A DNA stretch of 64,000 nt from a virus (Duplodnaviria; Caudoviricetes), in IMG/VR virus record IMGVR_UViG_3300020577_004796, positions 9,144-73,143 of that record; one strand, given 5' to 3'. The position numbers were made by a program, and so were the translations under genes. Positions 1 through 10,432 of this stretch are shown one piece after another. The notes beneath the pieces are model-generated. The model worked only from the letters and a program-made list of their open reading frames with translations. It had not been told where the DNA came from and made no database searches. How positions within the stretch are numbered: position 1 is the first letter of the stretch; every line of letters starts with the position of its first letter.

Positions 1-489
1 ATTTCCTTTATGTGATTCAGACATTCTTTTTTTAGTTTCTAAAGAAGCCTTTTGTCCTTTTTTGGCAGTTGATCTTCCTTTTCTAGAAATTGACATTTTA
101 AATCTAACTTCTTCTGATCGTTTTCCTTTAGAATATGTATTTCCTAACATTTTACTTCTGAGTCTCGATTTATCTTCTTTAGTCATTTTACGATAATCTT
201 TATTATCATGACCACCTTTTAATATATTTGCGAGAGTTCCTGTGTTATACTTTATTCTACCATAATAATCTATTAGTAATATTTCAATTTTATTCGCTTC
301 TTCTAAGCTTAGGTTTTCTGCAATTTTGTACTTTTCTATTTCTCCATTATTTAAAGAAAATATATTTTTCCAAATACTATTTCTTCTTTTATGATTTATT
401 CTATCAGTACCTTCTTTACCTATACCAATATAGAAAACTTCGTCTTTATCTGGTCTTATATGTTTATAAATATAATACCTATTTTCCAT
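1..489 (-). CDS. GIY-YIG-like homing endonuclease with NUMOD3-like repeats, truncated at window edge
   Basis: Translated by hand (not in ORF track): MENRYYIYKHIRPDKDEVFYIGIGK...GTLANILKGG...RMSESHKGN. ATG at 489 overlaps the TAA of the upstream gene. Paralog of 4920-5597. Confidence 0.8.
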   Translation of the reverse strand, partial: MENRYYIYKHIRPDKDEVFYIGIGKEGTDRINHKRRNSIWKNIFSLNNGEIEKYKIAENLSLEEANKIEILLIDYYGRIKYNTGTLANILKGGHDNKDYRKMTKEDKSRLRSKMLGNTYSKGKRSEEVRFKMSISRKGRSTAKKGQKASLETKKRMSESHKGN

Positions 490-1760
490 TATCGTTTAAA
501 TATATCCTTACCGGGTTTTGTTATAGTTAATCTTGTTTTACTAGAACTACTTTCTTCTATTCCAGAAGATGTGCTTGCTCTATTACCTTGTTCTGTTTTT
601 AATTTTTTTACAGTAGATTCTGTATTTGCGTTTTTACCTTTCTGAATAAGTGCATTTTCATAACCTTCTTCGTCTTCTAATAGCCATAAAACTTTAGCTA
701 TTTTACTGTAATTAGGTTCTTGATATTGAAACTTTTCCAAAAGGTGGCCCAATAGGTTTGTATTTCCGCCACTGATTGATTTATAATTAGCTTCGGTAAG
801 GCCTGCGTATAACGCATTTTGTTTTTTAGAATCTATTTTAAGACCACCTATTTCAGCAGGCTTTAATACTTCATAAACATTCTGTCTGTATTTTTCAGCA
901 GCCAGCCTTCTTTGTTCATTAATTCTATTCTGCTCTTCTATTTGAAATTGAACAGTTTGCTCTTGCATTCTATCCAATTTAGGCTTAAGCATCTTAGCTT
1001 TTTTATCTATTTGACCTAGATCTTTCCACTCTTCAACTTGTTCCTGTATTTCGGAAGTTTCCCAGTCTGGATTGGCGTTTCTTAAATATTGTACAACAAT
1101 TGCTTCTTGATCATTTTCATTCTCAGGATCAAGTGATCTAACTTCTTCAACTCGACCTAATGCCTGGAAAAGACCCTTTAAGTCTCTACCATTCTTATTT
1201 ATATAATAATCTGCTGCTAATTGTAATTCTTCCGGTAGTGAATCAAAAAACTGTTGTGGTATTTCTTCCTTTACTTTGTTTTCTTTGATTTTCACATTCT
1301 CATCGATCAGGGCGTGTAAGTCTTTCTTAGACAGTCCGGCTAGATATTCATCTACAGGAACTTTGTCATCGTAATCATCAAAAGGAACAAATTCTTTTAA
1401 ATCTATCTTTTCTTTGACATATTCTACGAGGGCATCTTTACTCGTCTTTGCACGTCCAATGGAAGGATCTTCGTCTGGAACGTTTTCTAAATCTAGAAGC
1501 TGATCATTTAAATCAACTGGAATTTCAAACTTTTGCTCTGTTTCTTTTTCTTTTTCTTCATTTCCTATTGGTGCAGCTACTTCTGTTTTAGTCTTTTCTT
1601 CTATTACAGAATCTGTTTTAGGATTAAAGTTATTTAGAGCACTTGTATCAACAACAGCTCTAGAAAATATAGGAGCGGGCGTTAAAATAGAATTGCCGTC
1701 AAGACCTCCAAAATCATTTAAATCTATCTCTACTTCTGATAGAGTATTTACATCTTGCAT
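489..1760 (-). CDS. Probable capsid scaffolding-like protein (crAss-like head module)
   Basis: 423 aa, acidic N-terminal half, helical/coiled C-terminal half; lies downstream of the portal in the order typical of crAss-like head modules. Function inferred from synteny. Confidence 0.55.
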   Translation of the reverse strand: MQDVNTLSEVEIDLNDFGGLDGNSILTPAPIFSRAVVDTSALNNFNPKTDSVIEEKTKTEVAAPIGNEEKEKETEQKFEIPVDLNDQLLDLENVPDEDPSIGRAKTSKDALVEYVKEKIDLKEFVPFDDYDDKVPVDEYLAGLSKKDLHALIDENVKIKENKVKEEIPQQFFDSLPEELQLAADYYINKNGRDLKGLFQALGRVEEVRSLDPENENDQEAIVVQYLRNANPDWETSEIQEQVEEWKDLGQIDKKAKMLKPKLDRMQEQTVQFQIEEQNRINEQRRLAAEKYRQNVYEVLKPAEIGGLKIDSKKQNALYAGLTEANYKSISGGNTNLLGHLLEKFQYQEPNYSKIAKVLWLLEDEEGYENALIQKGKNANTESTVKKLKTEQGNRASTSSGIEESSSSKTRLTITKPGKDIFKR

Positions 1761-1900
1761 ACTTATTGGTTTTTATGGGAACTGTCTAGAAATATCGACA
1801 GTAAAAATATAATGAAAATATACTTACAAAGTTTAAAAAAAAAGTCGAGCGCGCGACTAAGACTATTACGTATTTTTTGCTTTATCTTCTGCTTCAGTTG

Positions 1901-2182
1901 TCATATGAAATCTATTTTATTACTATATATGTCTATAACTTCTTCACCTTCATAAACTCTACTAGTTTCTGAATATTGGTTATAATCTTTTAATAATAAT
2001 ATCATTTCTTCTATAGATTTGGTTCCAGTAACGTTACTCGTAAGACTTTCTATGAATCTACGTTCTATAAAAAGATACACATCACTATATACCTGATTCC
2101 AACATTTCTGAACGATTGCTTCTGAAGCATTTGTTTCTATAAGGCCGCGCTCTATACCATCACTAAATAATCTATATATCAT
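1901..2182 (-). CDS. Hypothetical protein
   Basis: 93-aa ORF directly after the portal stop codon. Confidence 0.5.
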   Translation of the reverse strand: MIYRLFSDGIERGLIETNASEAIVQKCWNQVYSDVYLFIERRFIESLTSNVTGTKSIEEMILLLKDYNQYSETSRVYEGEEVIDIYSNKIDFI

Positions 2183-2185
2183 AAT

Positions 2186-4927
2186 TTATTTTTTTGCAGC
2201 TGGTTTAGGTTTCTGTGCATTTTTCTTTCGTAAAGCCATAAGCTCTTGCCTTGTACGATTCTCTTCAGCTCGCACCTTATCTGCTTGCACTTTAAGATTA
2301 TCTTGCTTTAATTTAGTATCATCAGCATGTTTTTGTCTGTCAAAATTCATTTGTTCTGTCCACTGTTGCTGACTTTGCATTTGCTCCATAGCATCTTGGA
2401 AAGCTCCTTCTGATGCTGCAGCGTCATCTGTTGACGCAGCTCTACCTGCTGACATTATTTCAGCTATAAGAATTTTAGCTTGACGATCTTTTTCATTTTG
2501 AATGTCTTCGTGAGACCATTCTTTTTCAGCTAAATCTTGCTGCAAAGCAAGTTGCTCTTCATGTTGGCGTTTTTCCTGTTCTATTTCTGCTTGCCTTTCT
2601 TTTTGTTCTCTTTCTTCTATTTGTTTAAGATTGTCATTAAGATCTGCTAAGTTATTTATTTGTAGGAGCTTACCCAGGTCAAAGATGGTGGCGCCAGTTG
2701 TATTATTATTTAATAATAACTGTTTGATATTAGATAATATTTGACGTGCGTTTACTTTAACTACAGGATAAACATTAATATCACGTAGAAGAAGCTGTGT
2801 GCCATCTATATTAAATACTACTTTTTCATTATTTGTAGTAATATATTGAAGCTGAACTGAAGGATTTCTTGATTGATAATATTGAGCTAATTCAGTTCTC
2901 ATCTGATGAACTCTTGGCATCAAATAATCACAATGCTCTATAAAATGCATTTCAGTTTGATCATAAGATTTTCTTATAGATTCCTCATATTCTTTTGCAC
3001 TGGTTTCTTGACCAACAGCTTGTGCCATTCTCTGAGCGTTCATGCCTATTATTTTATAACACTGCTGCTCGTAAAAATTAGATATATTAATTCTGGACAT
3101 TAACCTATCTGTCTGGCTAAGATCCATATGAGTAAAATTATTAAAGTGACCCCCTTGCATATTCTGCAAAGAAGTATCTAAAGGCAGCATCTGAAAATTC
3201 TTCATTGCTAAAAATGCCTTTTGATAGCTATTGGGCCCCCAATCTTCTCCTAAGGAATGTTTTGGAAGGGTGTTACCATCTAATAGAACAACCGTTCCTA
3301 ATTCATCTATAAGAATATCTGCTATTTGGTTACAAACCATATTATAACCAATTTGTGAGGGTAACATTTTAGCTACCATTGGTACAGATACGGTATTTCT
3401 ATCACCGAATACACAACCTTCTACTGGCAATTTAACTCCATAAAGATTGTCATCTCCTTTAAATTGAAACGGAAGCCTACCTGGCTTATTTGTAGTTATA
3501 CCAATATACATTGGTTGAATACCACCAGGGTTATTCATACCCCACCAAGCAGGTCTATTAGGGCCTATTTTAATACCACCCCATACATCATTAATCCAAA
3601 TCCAATCTATATGTTCTCCATAGATAAGATTATATTTAGACTCTTCTTTATATAAAGTTGTATCATATTTTGGTTTACAGGTAACTACATAGTTTTCATC
3701 AACTATGTCCATTTCTGGAATACCCTGTTCATTTATCTTTGTTAAGTGACCTACTTTTCTTTGGCTTTTCCAGTAGATGGTGGTTACTCGGAGTAAATAG
3801 GATTGCCCAAAATCTTGAAGATCCTCTGAACCCATTAAAATTTCCTGCACAACGTCTCCATTTCTGTTTGTAACGTCATATTCAGAAACAAATTGGCGAT
3901 ATTGTAAAGACGGCATTTGTGTATTCCAATCATGAGAATGAGTAGAATCATAATAAGATCCATCATTTTGCATGTTTCCTAAGAGATAACCAGCTGCTCT
4001 AATTGGATAAATTGCTTCTATATTTTTAATTTGGTCAGCAGTCATCAACCACCCATATTTATCTACAACATCAGCAGCAGTCATAAGATCGATCATGCCA
4101 ACATAATTAGCTTGAGAGATCCAACGTCTATCTGGTGATTTATGATAAAAGACTTGAGGAGGATTCCAAAGTTCTACTTCATAATCATTTTCTTTCATTT
4201 TCTGATGCCAGAACTCAGAATCTGTAATAAGTTTGTCAGTAAACCCACGCTCTTCCAATTCGTCCATATGAAAGCGTTGGTCATCAACTTGCTTTTGATG
4301 CTCTGCCCACTCTACATAAATATTACGATAACCAGTTCTGTAGAACTGTTCCAGGTTAGGGAGTTGTTTTAGTGCATCTGGTTGTAATTGAGCCTGTGCT
4401 TCTGGAGTATTCATATCAACTCCCATTTTAGAGAGTTTCAGTTGAACCTTCATCTCAGCCTGGGCAAGAAGAATTGATTCTAGCTTTTCAGACTTATCTT
4501 GTTCCATTTCAGAAGTAGATATTGGATCTACTGCCTGAAACATTAATTTTGCTTGTCTTTTAGAAAATTCAGTACGAAATGAATCTATTATTGTTGGAAT
4601 TAACGGATAAAATTTTAATTCCAGCATTTCTTGAGTATTTTCAGTAAGAGTCTCTAGCATTTGACTCATATCTGAATTTTCCTCTTTTATATAATCAGAT
4701 CTTTCTATTATTCCCCTAGCAGCTTTATAGAACTTAAGTAACTTTGGGGCACGACGTTTCATTTGTTTTATGCCCTGCCATTCCAAAAAGTCCATATTCC
4801 AACCCACCCACTGTTCATCCTTCTCTTCAAAAGGTATCATCTGGAGTGGCTGTGTTAAACTGCCAAGTATATTGTTTTTAGTTTTAGCCCCCTTAAGAAG
4901 CGACATTGCGTTTAAAATTTTACTCAT
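2186..4927 (-). CDS. Portal protein
   Basis: 913 aa, downstream of TerL; features of crAss-like portals (KLKFYPLIP, WNPPQVFYHKSPD, LKLPVEG-like segment, C-terminal coiled coil). Confidence 0.85.
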   Translation of the reverse strand: MSKILNAMSLLKGAKTKNNILGSLTQPLQMIPFEEKDEQWVGWNMDFLEWQGIKQMKRRAPKLLKFYKAARGIIERSDYIKEENSDMSQMLETLTENTQEMLELKFYPLIPTIIDSFRTEFSKRQAKLMFQAVDPISTSEMEQDKSEKLESILLAQAEMKVQLKLSKMGVDMNTPEAQAQLQPDALKQLPNLEQFYRTGYRNIYVEWAEHQKQVDDQRFHMDELEERGFTDKLITDSEFWHQKMKENDYEVELWNPPQVFYHKSPDRRWISQANYVGMIDLMTAADVVDKYGWLMTADQIKNIEAIYPIRAAGYLLGNMQNDGSYYDSTHSHDWNTQMPSLQYRQFVSEYDVTNRNGDVVQEILMGSEDLQDFGQSYLLRVTTIYWKSQRKVGHLTKINEQGIPEMDIVDENYVVTCKPKYDTTLYKEESKYNLIYGEHIDWIWINDVWGGIKIGPNRPAWWGMNNPGGIQPMYIGITTNKPGRLPFQFKGDDNLYGVKLPVEGCVFGDRNTVSVPMVAKMLPSQIGYNMVCNQIADILIDELGTVVLLDGNTLPKHSLGEDWGPNSYQKAFLAMKNFQMLPLDTSLQNMQGGHFNNFTHMDLSQTDRLMSRINISNFYEQQCYKIIGMNAQRMAQAVGQETSAKEYEESIRKSYDQTEMHFIEHCDYLMPRVHQMRTELAQYYQSRNPSVQLQYITTNNEKVVFNIDGTQLLLRDINVYPVVKVNARQILSNIKQLLLNNNTTGATIFDLGKLLQINNLADLNDNLKQIEEREQKERQAEIEQEKRQHEEQLALQQDLAEKEWSHEDIQNEKDRQAKILIAEIMSAGRAASTDDAAASEGAFQDAMEQMQSQQQWTEQMNFDRQKHADDTKLKQDNLKVQADKVRAEENRTRQELMALRKKNAQKPKPAAKK

Positions 4928-5597
4928 TTGTTAGCTTTTTAAAATCACTCATATAAACAATATTTGTTTTATTTCTACTTTGTCCAGCTAACATAGCATT
5001 AAGAGTAGTTCTTTTCATATTTAAATACAAAGCTGCTTCTTTTATATTTTTAAATATTTTATTTGTTTTTGTATCTATAACTTGTTTTGAAACAACATTT
5101 TTTAATTTTTGCATTCCTTCTTCTGAAAACTGTCTTTTTTGTCCAGTTATCGCTTTTTTCATTTTTTCTATTCTTTCTTTAGAATGCTTTTTTCCTAACT
5201 GTACATTTCTATTAATTTCCTTATGCCATTCTGGCAATGGTTTCCCAAAATTTGGATTATTTTCTCCAGACAAAGAAAGGGATCGTTTTAATCTCGTATA
5301 TGTAGATTGAACAACTCCTAAAACTCCCTCTCCACCATCTGTTAAATTACATAAAGTTCCGGTTCCTGTATTTATTCTACCAATTCTTTCTATTAATTCT
5401 ACTTCTATTTTACACGCTTCTTCCCATGTTAAATTGTCATATATTATATTAATAATATAATCTGGATTTCTTTTTACAATAGCTTGCCATAATTTATTTC
5501 TCCCCTTTGTAGTATAAGCTCTTTTTATAGTTTTTCCTATACCAACGTAAAAAATTTCATTTTTATCTGGTCTTATATGTTGATATACTATAGCCAT
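4920..5597 (-). CDS. Free-standing GIY-YIG-like homing endonuclease (NUMOD3/NUMOD1-like C-terminus)
   Basis: IVYQHIRPDKNEIFYVGIG, LCNLTDGGEG, SGENNPNFGK; inserted between terL and portal. Confidence 0.8.
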   Translation of the reverse strand: MAIVYQHIRPDKNEIFYVGIGKTIKRAYTTKGRNKLWQAIVKRNPDYIINIIYDNLTWEEACKIEVELIERIGRINTGTGTLCNLTDGGEGVLGVVQSTYTRLKRSLSLSGENNPNFGKPLPEWHKEINRNVQLGKKHSKERIEKMKKAITGQKRQFSEEGMQKLKNVVSKQVIDTKTNKIFKNIKEAALYLNMKRTTLNAMLAGQSRNKTNIVYMSDFKKLTNE

Positions 5598-5599
5598 CG

Positions 5600-7804
5600 T
5601 TATCTGTAATGTTTAAATGGCGAACCCTTTGAATAAGGATTAGCCTTTTTAGGACCTGTCGGACCAGTCCCATACAAGAAGTTACGAAAATTATCTGAAC
5701 TTTCCAAATTTTTCTCTTCTTTTTCTACTTTTCTGTGAAATCCCAGGTTAGCCTGTTGAATTTTAGCAAAAGTAACCAACGCACAATAAGCTACAATTCG
5801 GTCATAGTTTCCCTTACCGTCTTCATAAGCCATCATTTCTCTAAGCAGCATTATATCAGGAATTCGTTCTATACCATATGTATTTTTAACAACAATTTGG
5901 GTATCTTGCTTATAGACCGTATCTAAAACTTCCTTAAGATATTCAATTCCGTAGCCTAATAGGTGATTCCAAACAGGAACTGAATTCTTCCAACCATACT
6001 CTTGATAAGTTTCAGATTGACCCTTCATATCTTTATTAAATACCAAGAGCTGAGATCTTGGCACCAACATATGTTGTTTTTTCTGATTTATCATATGTGT
6101 TATAAAGTTTGACTTATTTGCTTCCACAATAGTCCAAGCGTTATAAAGATCTATTAACATCTCAGCTCTATCATGAGTTTTATTAATATCATCAAATCTA
6201 CCGCACCACCAAGCTACTATCTTATCACCTTCTAATCTATTTTCTATTTTCTTATCTAATCCAATTTTAGTTACTTCTGTAGTTGCTTTATAGATATATA
6301 TAGAAAATAATGAATCTGAAGTACTAGTTTTACCACTGTCAACGGGATCGACGCTAGCATAATAAGTTCCCCAATCAATTCTTCCTTCTGGTGGACGTTC
6401 GTGTATACAAACAACCCCCTCTTTATTTTCCATTCCCCTTTTTATTGGGAAATCTATTATTGGTAGATCGTTAGTTCTTTTGATTTCTACTTTCCCCTTA
6501 TCATCTCTTTCTAACTTTACATGCTCAATTGGATATTCTTTATCTTCAATTCTTTTAATTTGTTTGCTGACCAGGTGCATGGGGAACACTGATTCATTTC
6601 TATAAGCAAAAGCTTCATGTATGTTAATTGGTTTCTGAGAAATTCTAAGTTGATAAAGCGATGCACTCAGTTCCTTTTTCCATACAAGGCGTTCTTCTGC
6701 GATAGCTTTTAATGATTCTTCTACTAAAGAATTACCATACTTATCTATATATGGAGGCATTGACCATTGTTCTGGTATAAATAATCCAGATTTTCCTAGG
6801 GTTCCTTTCTCGTCCAGAAGGTTGGTGTCCACTGGGTATATACCGTGTGCTTCCGGATAAAGCATCATTTGCTTCAAAGGCTGACACTTAGCAAGATCAC
6901 CTACGGAACCAGCAGCTATAAATAATCCAGTAGTTATCATACCACTGGATAAGGCTGGTCTAATAAATTCATAAGTTGTGTCCATTTTTGGAGCTATACC
7001 AGCTTCTTCATGATAAAATATAGTGGTTGAACCACCTACACCAGACGTAGGATCATTTTCAAAAGAGTAACCAGTTATTGTGGAGTCATTACCAATATAA
7101 ATCTCTTTACCATCAACTGTACCCTTAGCTCGTTGTTGCCATGTCAAAGTTTTATCAGGATCGCATCCTCTATACCAACCAGTGTTTCTGTTTAGAACCT
7201 TTCTGTATTCATTAAGAAATTTCCAGTCACCTTTTTCATTGATATAGTCTTTAAGAGAAGCGCCTATTTTTAAAGTAGCTCCCTCTTCAAACCAGAATTG
7301 ATTTATAATCTTAGCCAGGTGAAAGTAGGAGGAACCAATTTGTCGTTTCTTTAACAACGCCACGTGTGTGTAGTGTAGCTCTGCTAAGTGTTCATATAAT
7401 GCTATATGATAGTGGGTGTCCCATATTTCTGGAAAAAAGAAACCCTTCTTGGCTTTATCGTATATTTTAAGAAAGTTAATCCAAAAATAATAATCCCTGG
7501 TTAAGTACCAAGTTTTACCATTATTGTTGAATATTACTCCTTTTCTACATTTATCTTTTTCTTGTTTACCCCAATAATGAAGATAGTCCCTAGAATTGAG
7601 TGGGTCTTTAGTATAAAGTCCATCTATGGCAAATCTTCTAGCCTGTTCATTGAATTTTTCAATAGTTTCGTCAAATGCATATTGGCCGGGCTCCTTGAAT
7701 AGCGATTTAACGAATTCCTTGTACTCTTCTCTGTCATTAAATACAGTAGTAGTCCATTGGCCTTCAGTCCAAGTTGGTATCTCTATATAGGGCTCTAAAT
7801 TCAT
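5600..7804 (-). CDS. terL: Terminase large subunit
   Basis: 734 aa; Walker A-like LKKRQIGSSY, Walker B FYHEEAG, RNase H-like nuclease ASVDPVD, IVEAN and NYDRIVA motifs. Confidence 0.93.
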   Translation of the reverse strand: MNLEPYIEIPTWTEGQWTTTVFNDREEYKEFVKSLFKEPGQYAFDETIEKFNEQARRFAIDGLYTKDPLNSRDYLHYWGKQEKDKCRKGVIFNNNGKTWYLTRDYYFWINFLKIYDKAKKGFFFPEIWDTHYHIALYEHLAELHYTHVALLKKRQIGSSYFHLAKIINQFWFEEGATLKIGASLKDYINEKGDWKFLNEYRKVLNRNTGWYRGCDPDKTLTWQQRAKGTVDGKEIYIGNDSTITGYSFENDPTSGVGGSTTIFYHEEAGIAPKMDTTYEFIRPALSSGMITTGLFIAAGSVGDLAKCQPLKQMMLYPEAHGIYPVDTNLLDEKGTLGKSGLFIPEQWSMPPYIDKYGNSLVEESLKAIAEERLVWKKELSASLYQLRISQKPINIHEAFAYRNESVFPMHLVSKQIKRIEDKEYPIEHVKLERDDKGKVEIKRTNDLPIIDFPIKRGMENKEGVVCIHERPPEGRIDWGTYYASVDPVDSGKTSTSDSLFSIYIYKATTEVTKIGLDKKIENRLEGDKIVAWWCGRFDDINKTHDRAEMLIDLYNAWTIVEANKSNFITHMINQKKQHMLVPRSQLLVFNKDMKGQSETYQEYGWKNSVPVWNHLLGYGIEYLKEVLDTVYKQDTQIVVKNTYGIERIPDIMLLREMMAYEDGKGNYDRIVAYCALVTFAKIQQANLGFHRKVEKEEKNLESSDNFRNFLYGTGPTGPKKANPYSKGSPFKHYR

Positions 7805-8475
7805 TTCTTATTTTTACTGTAAACTTCTAATATTTCGTTTACTATTTCGTCTCGATGATTTTCTAATAATGTAACAATAGCGTAATCCTTAACGTATCTC
7901 ATATTATCACATATAAAGTCAAAACCTGAATTCTTTTCGTCTTTTAAATCTATCTGATCAGTATCTCCACAAAAAATAAGTTTAGATCCTTTACACAAAC
8001 GAGTTTGTAAAAGTTTAAGCTGTCTATGTGTAAGATTCTGTGATTCATCTATAACAGCTACACAATTTTTAAGATTGCGACCGCGCATGAGGCCTACTGG
8101 TATAATTCTTATACGATCTTCTTTTATTAAATTATCTATTGATTCTTTTCCATAAAGATCATACAGGGCGTCTTGTAAGGGGGCAATATAAGGTTCAAGC
8201 TTAGAATCAATTCCACCTGGTAAAATACCAACCTCTTCCCCTGCTGTTACTATAGATCTAGATAAGATGATTCTATCTATTTCTTTATGAAACAACATGT
8301 CCAGAGCAACTTGAATGGCAACCATTGTTTTACCTGATCCTGCCATCCCTCTAAGCACAGTAACTTTATTTGCTAATATTTGTTCCTTTGCTTCTCGTTG
8401 TTCCTTATTTAATTCTATTCTAAAATGAATTGGATTTTTTGTTACTTTTACTTTTCTTTTAGGTGTTTGTTCCAT
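7801..8475 (-). CDS. phoH: PhoH-family ATPase
   Basis: GMAGSGKT, ILSRSIV, ILPG, MRGRNL, IDESQN, GDTDQID, HRDEIV. Confidence 0.95.
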   Translation of the reverse strand: MEQTPKRKVKVTKNPIHFRIELNKEQREAKEQILANKVTVLRGMAGSGKTMVAIQVALDMLFHKEIDRIILSRSIVTAGEEVGILPGGIDSKLEPYIAPLQDALYDLYGKESIDNLIKEDRIRIIPVGLMRGRNLKNCVAVIDESQNLTHRQLKLLQTRLCKGSKLIFCGDTDQIDLKDEKNSGFDFICDNMRYVKDYAIVTLLENHRDEIVNEILEVYSKNKK

Positions 8476-9045
8476 TTATATTTGTTTTGAATGAATCCAG
8501 TAATTTTGATTTAAAAAGTTATATGTGTTTGTTGTGTATTCTGTTGCTATCCAACTTAAAATAGTATCATCCGCAACTGATATATTTTTATTTACAAAGT
8601 CTTCTGTTAATTCGTATACTTTTTCATAAGTTAATACTTTTTGTAAAAGTTCGCTTTTAAATATTAATAACTGACCAGAGAAGTGACGTTTATTATTATC
8701 ATCCTGTATTCCACCAAAATCGAACTCGTGTTCTAAGGGATTTTTTAAAATCTGAATATCGGAATCAACTATAACAACATATTTATAGTTTCTTATTTTA
8801 ATTTCTTTTAATTTTTTAATGTAAGGAATTACATTACCTCTACCCCCATAATTATCATAGCTGGGGTGATACCACATGTTGAATTCAGAATCTCCAAATG
8901 TATTATAATCATCATCTTCTGCAAATATAATTATTTCTATATTTGGAATTTTTTCTAAGAACGATTTATGACATCTTAACGCAATCAGTTCATCTCTTTT
9001 ACAAACTCTAATTATTATTAAGTTTTTCATATTTAATTGATCCAT
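8476..9045 (-). CDS. Putative glycosyl/nucleotide-diphospho-sugar transferase
   Basis: DXD-like VIVDSDIQI, FSGQL and ADDTILS motifs; position in the glycan island. Confidence 0.5.
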   Translation of the reverse strand: MDQLNMKNLIIIRVCKRDELIALRCHKSFLEKIPNIEIIIFAEDDDYNTFGDSEFNMWYHPSYDNYGGRGNVIPYIKKLKEIKIRNYKYVVIVDSDIQILKNPLEHEFDFGGIQDDNNKRHFSGQLLIFKSELLQKVLTYEKVYELTEDFVNKNISVADDTILSWIATEYTTNTYNFLNQNYWIHSKQI

Positions 9046-9632
9046 TCAATTCTTGTTTCTAATAAAACACCACCTAATTGCATTTTATTAAACTTAGTAA
9101 CATCTATAGAATTTGATACTAAAGCTGCACAAGCTCCTTTTGTGTTCACATTCAATCTATACTTAAATAAGTGCCAAATTTTATCTAATTTATAATCACC
9201 CGCTCCTACTGCTTCAGTATCGTGTATTACTATTAAAGGAACTTTGTTACTTATTTTTTCAATCAATTCCCAGCGTTCTTCTCCAGGTGAATGGTCAACC
9301 AGACAAATATCAATATTATCTATTGATTCAATAATTGAATATGGAGTTCTATCACATATTAATTTGTGATTATTTGATTCCATGAATTTATATTTATCCA
9401 GCCACTCTTGACTATAATCATAAGAAATAAGATTTCTGTTATTATTTACTAAACAGTGAAGATGTGATGTACTCCCGTCACCGCAACCCAATTCTACTAT
9501 AGCGCCTTCTTTTAAAATATTACAAGCTAGATATAATAAAGATCTATGATTGCACCAGTTTAAAATGCCATTTAAAAAACCACAATTGTCTTCTTTTTCT
9601 ATTTGGTTTAACCAATCTTGAGTAAATTCCAT
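9033..9632 (-). CDS. Class I SAM-dependent methyltransferase
   Basis: IVELGCGDGST motif I, LVDH and IVIHDT motifs as in sugar O-methyltransferase-like proteins. Confidence 0.65.
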   Translation of the reverse strand: MEFTQDWLNQIEKEDNCGFLNGILNWCNHRSLLYLACNILKEGAIVELGCGDGSTSHLHCLVNNNRNLISYDYSQEWLDKYKFMESNNHKLICDRTPYSIIESIDNIDICLVDHSPGEERWELIEKISNKVPLIVIHDTEAVGAGDYKLDKIWHLFKYRLNVNTKGACAALVSNSIDVTKFNKMQLGGVLLETRIEWIN

Positions 9633-10432
9633 TATAAATTAAATATTTTTTTAAAACTTAATTTGTAGTTATCAATCCATTTCCAATCTACTTCTGGATA
9701 AATTGAAGTACACATATCTACCAATCTATCGGTTCCTGCGTCTCCCCAGGCTTCTCCAGAGAGGTGGCAATCATGGATTTGAACTTTTGGCTTTATCCAA
9801 TTATATCTATCCCATCTTCCTAATGGTAACCCACTATTTCCTGGATCAGTTCCACGATGTATGAAATTAACAGAATGAAAACCCTGAAGAGTTCTAAGCT
9901 TACCAGTAAGTATATCTTGATCACATCCCCAAGCAATGTACCAGTCTCCAGCTTCTTTGCGAGCAAATGTTTCTAAATCCGCATCCACATTAAAAGGAGC
10001 AAATAACTCTTTCCATTTTTTTACTGGCATTCCTACATAACACATTGGAATTTGACTAAAGCCTGTTAAATCATACCCAAACGAATTTACTTTATCATAA
10101 TCTCTATTGAGAAAGTCAGAAGCTATAAACATGTCTGCATCTGACATAATACAATAATCATCATCAGGATAATCCTTAGCCATATACATTCTTTCACATT
10201 GTGTATATAATGCTTTATTTTGTGTAGTAGAAACTTTATTTATATGTTTAAAATCAAACTTTACATCAAGATCTAATAATGTCCTAATGATTAACTCAGA
10301 TTGTTCGCTGTTTACATTGTTAAACACAATATAAGGAATCCACCCTTGAATGGACCAACTTTTACATACAAATGGTAATAAATATAAATAGCTGGGGTTA
10401 TCGTCTACAGCTAGCATTACTCGTTTAGTCAT
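9632..10432 (-). CDS. Putative glycosyltransferase (GT-A-like)
   Basis: IMSDADMF DXD motif, WGCDQDIL; island context. Confidence 0.5.
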   Translation of the reverse strand: MTKRVMLAVDDNPSYLYLLPFVCKSWSIQGWIPYIVFNNVNSEQSELIIRTLLDLDVKFDFKHINKVSTTQNKALYTQCERMYMAKDYPDDDYCIMSDADMFIASDFLNRDYDKVNSFGYDLTGFSQIPMCYVGMPVKKWKELFAPFNVDADLETFARKEAGDWYIAWGCDQDILTGKLRTLQGFHSVNFIHRGTDPGNSGLPLGRWDRYNWIKPKVQIHDCHLSGEAWGDAGTDRLVDMCTSIYPEVDWKWIDNYKLSFKKIFNL

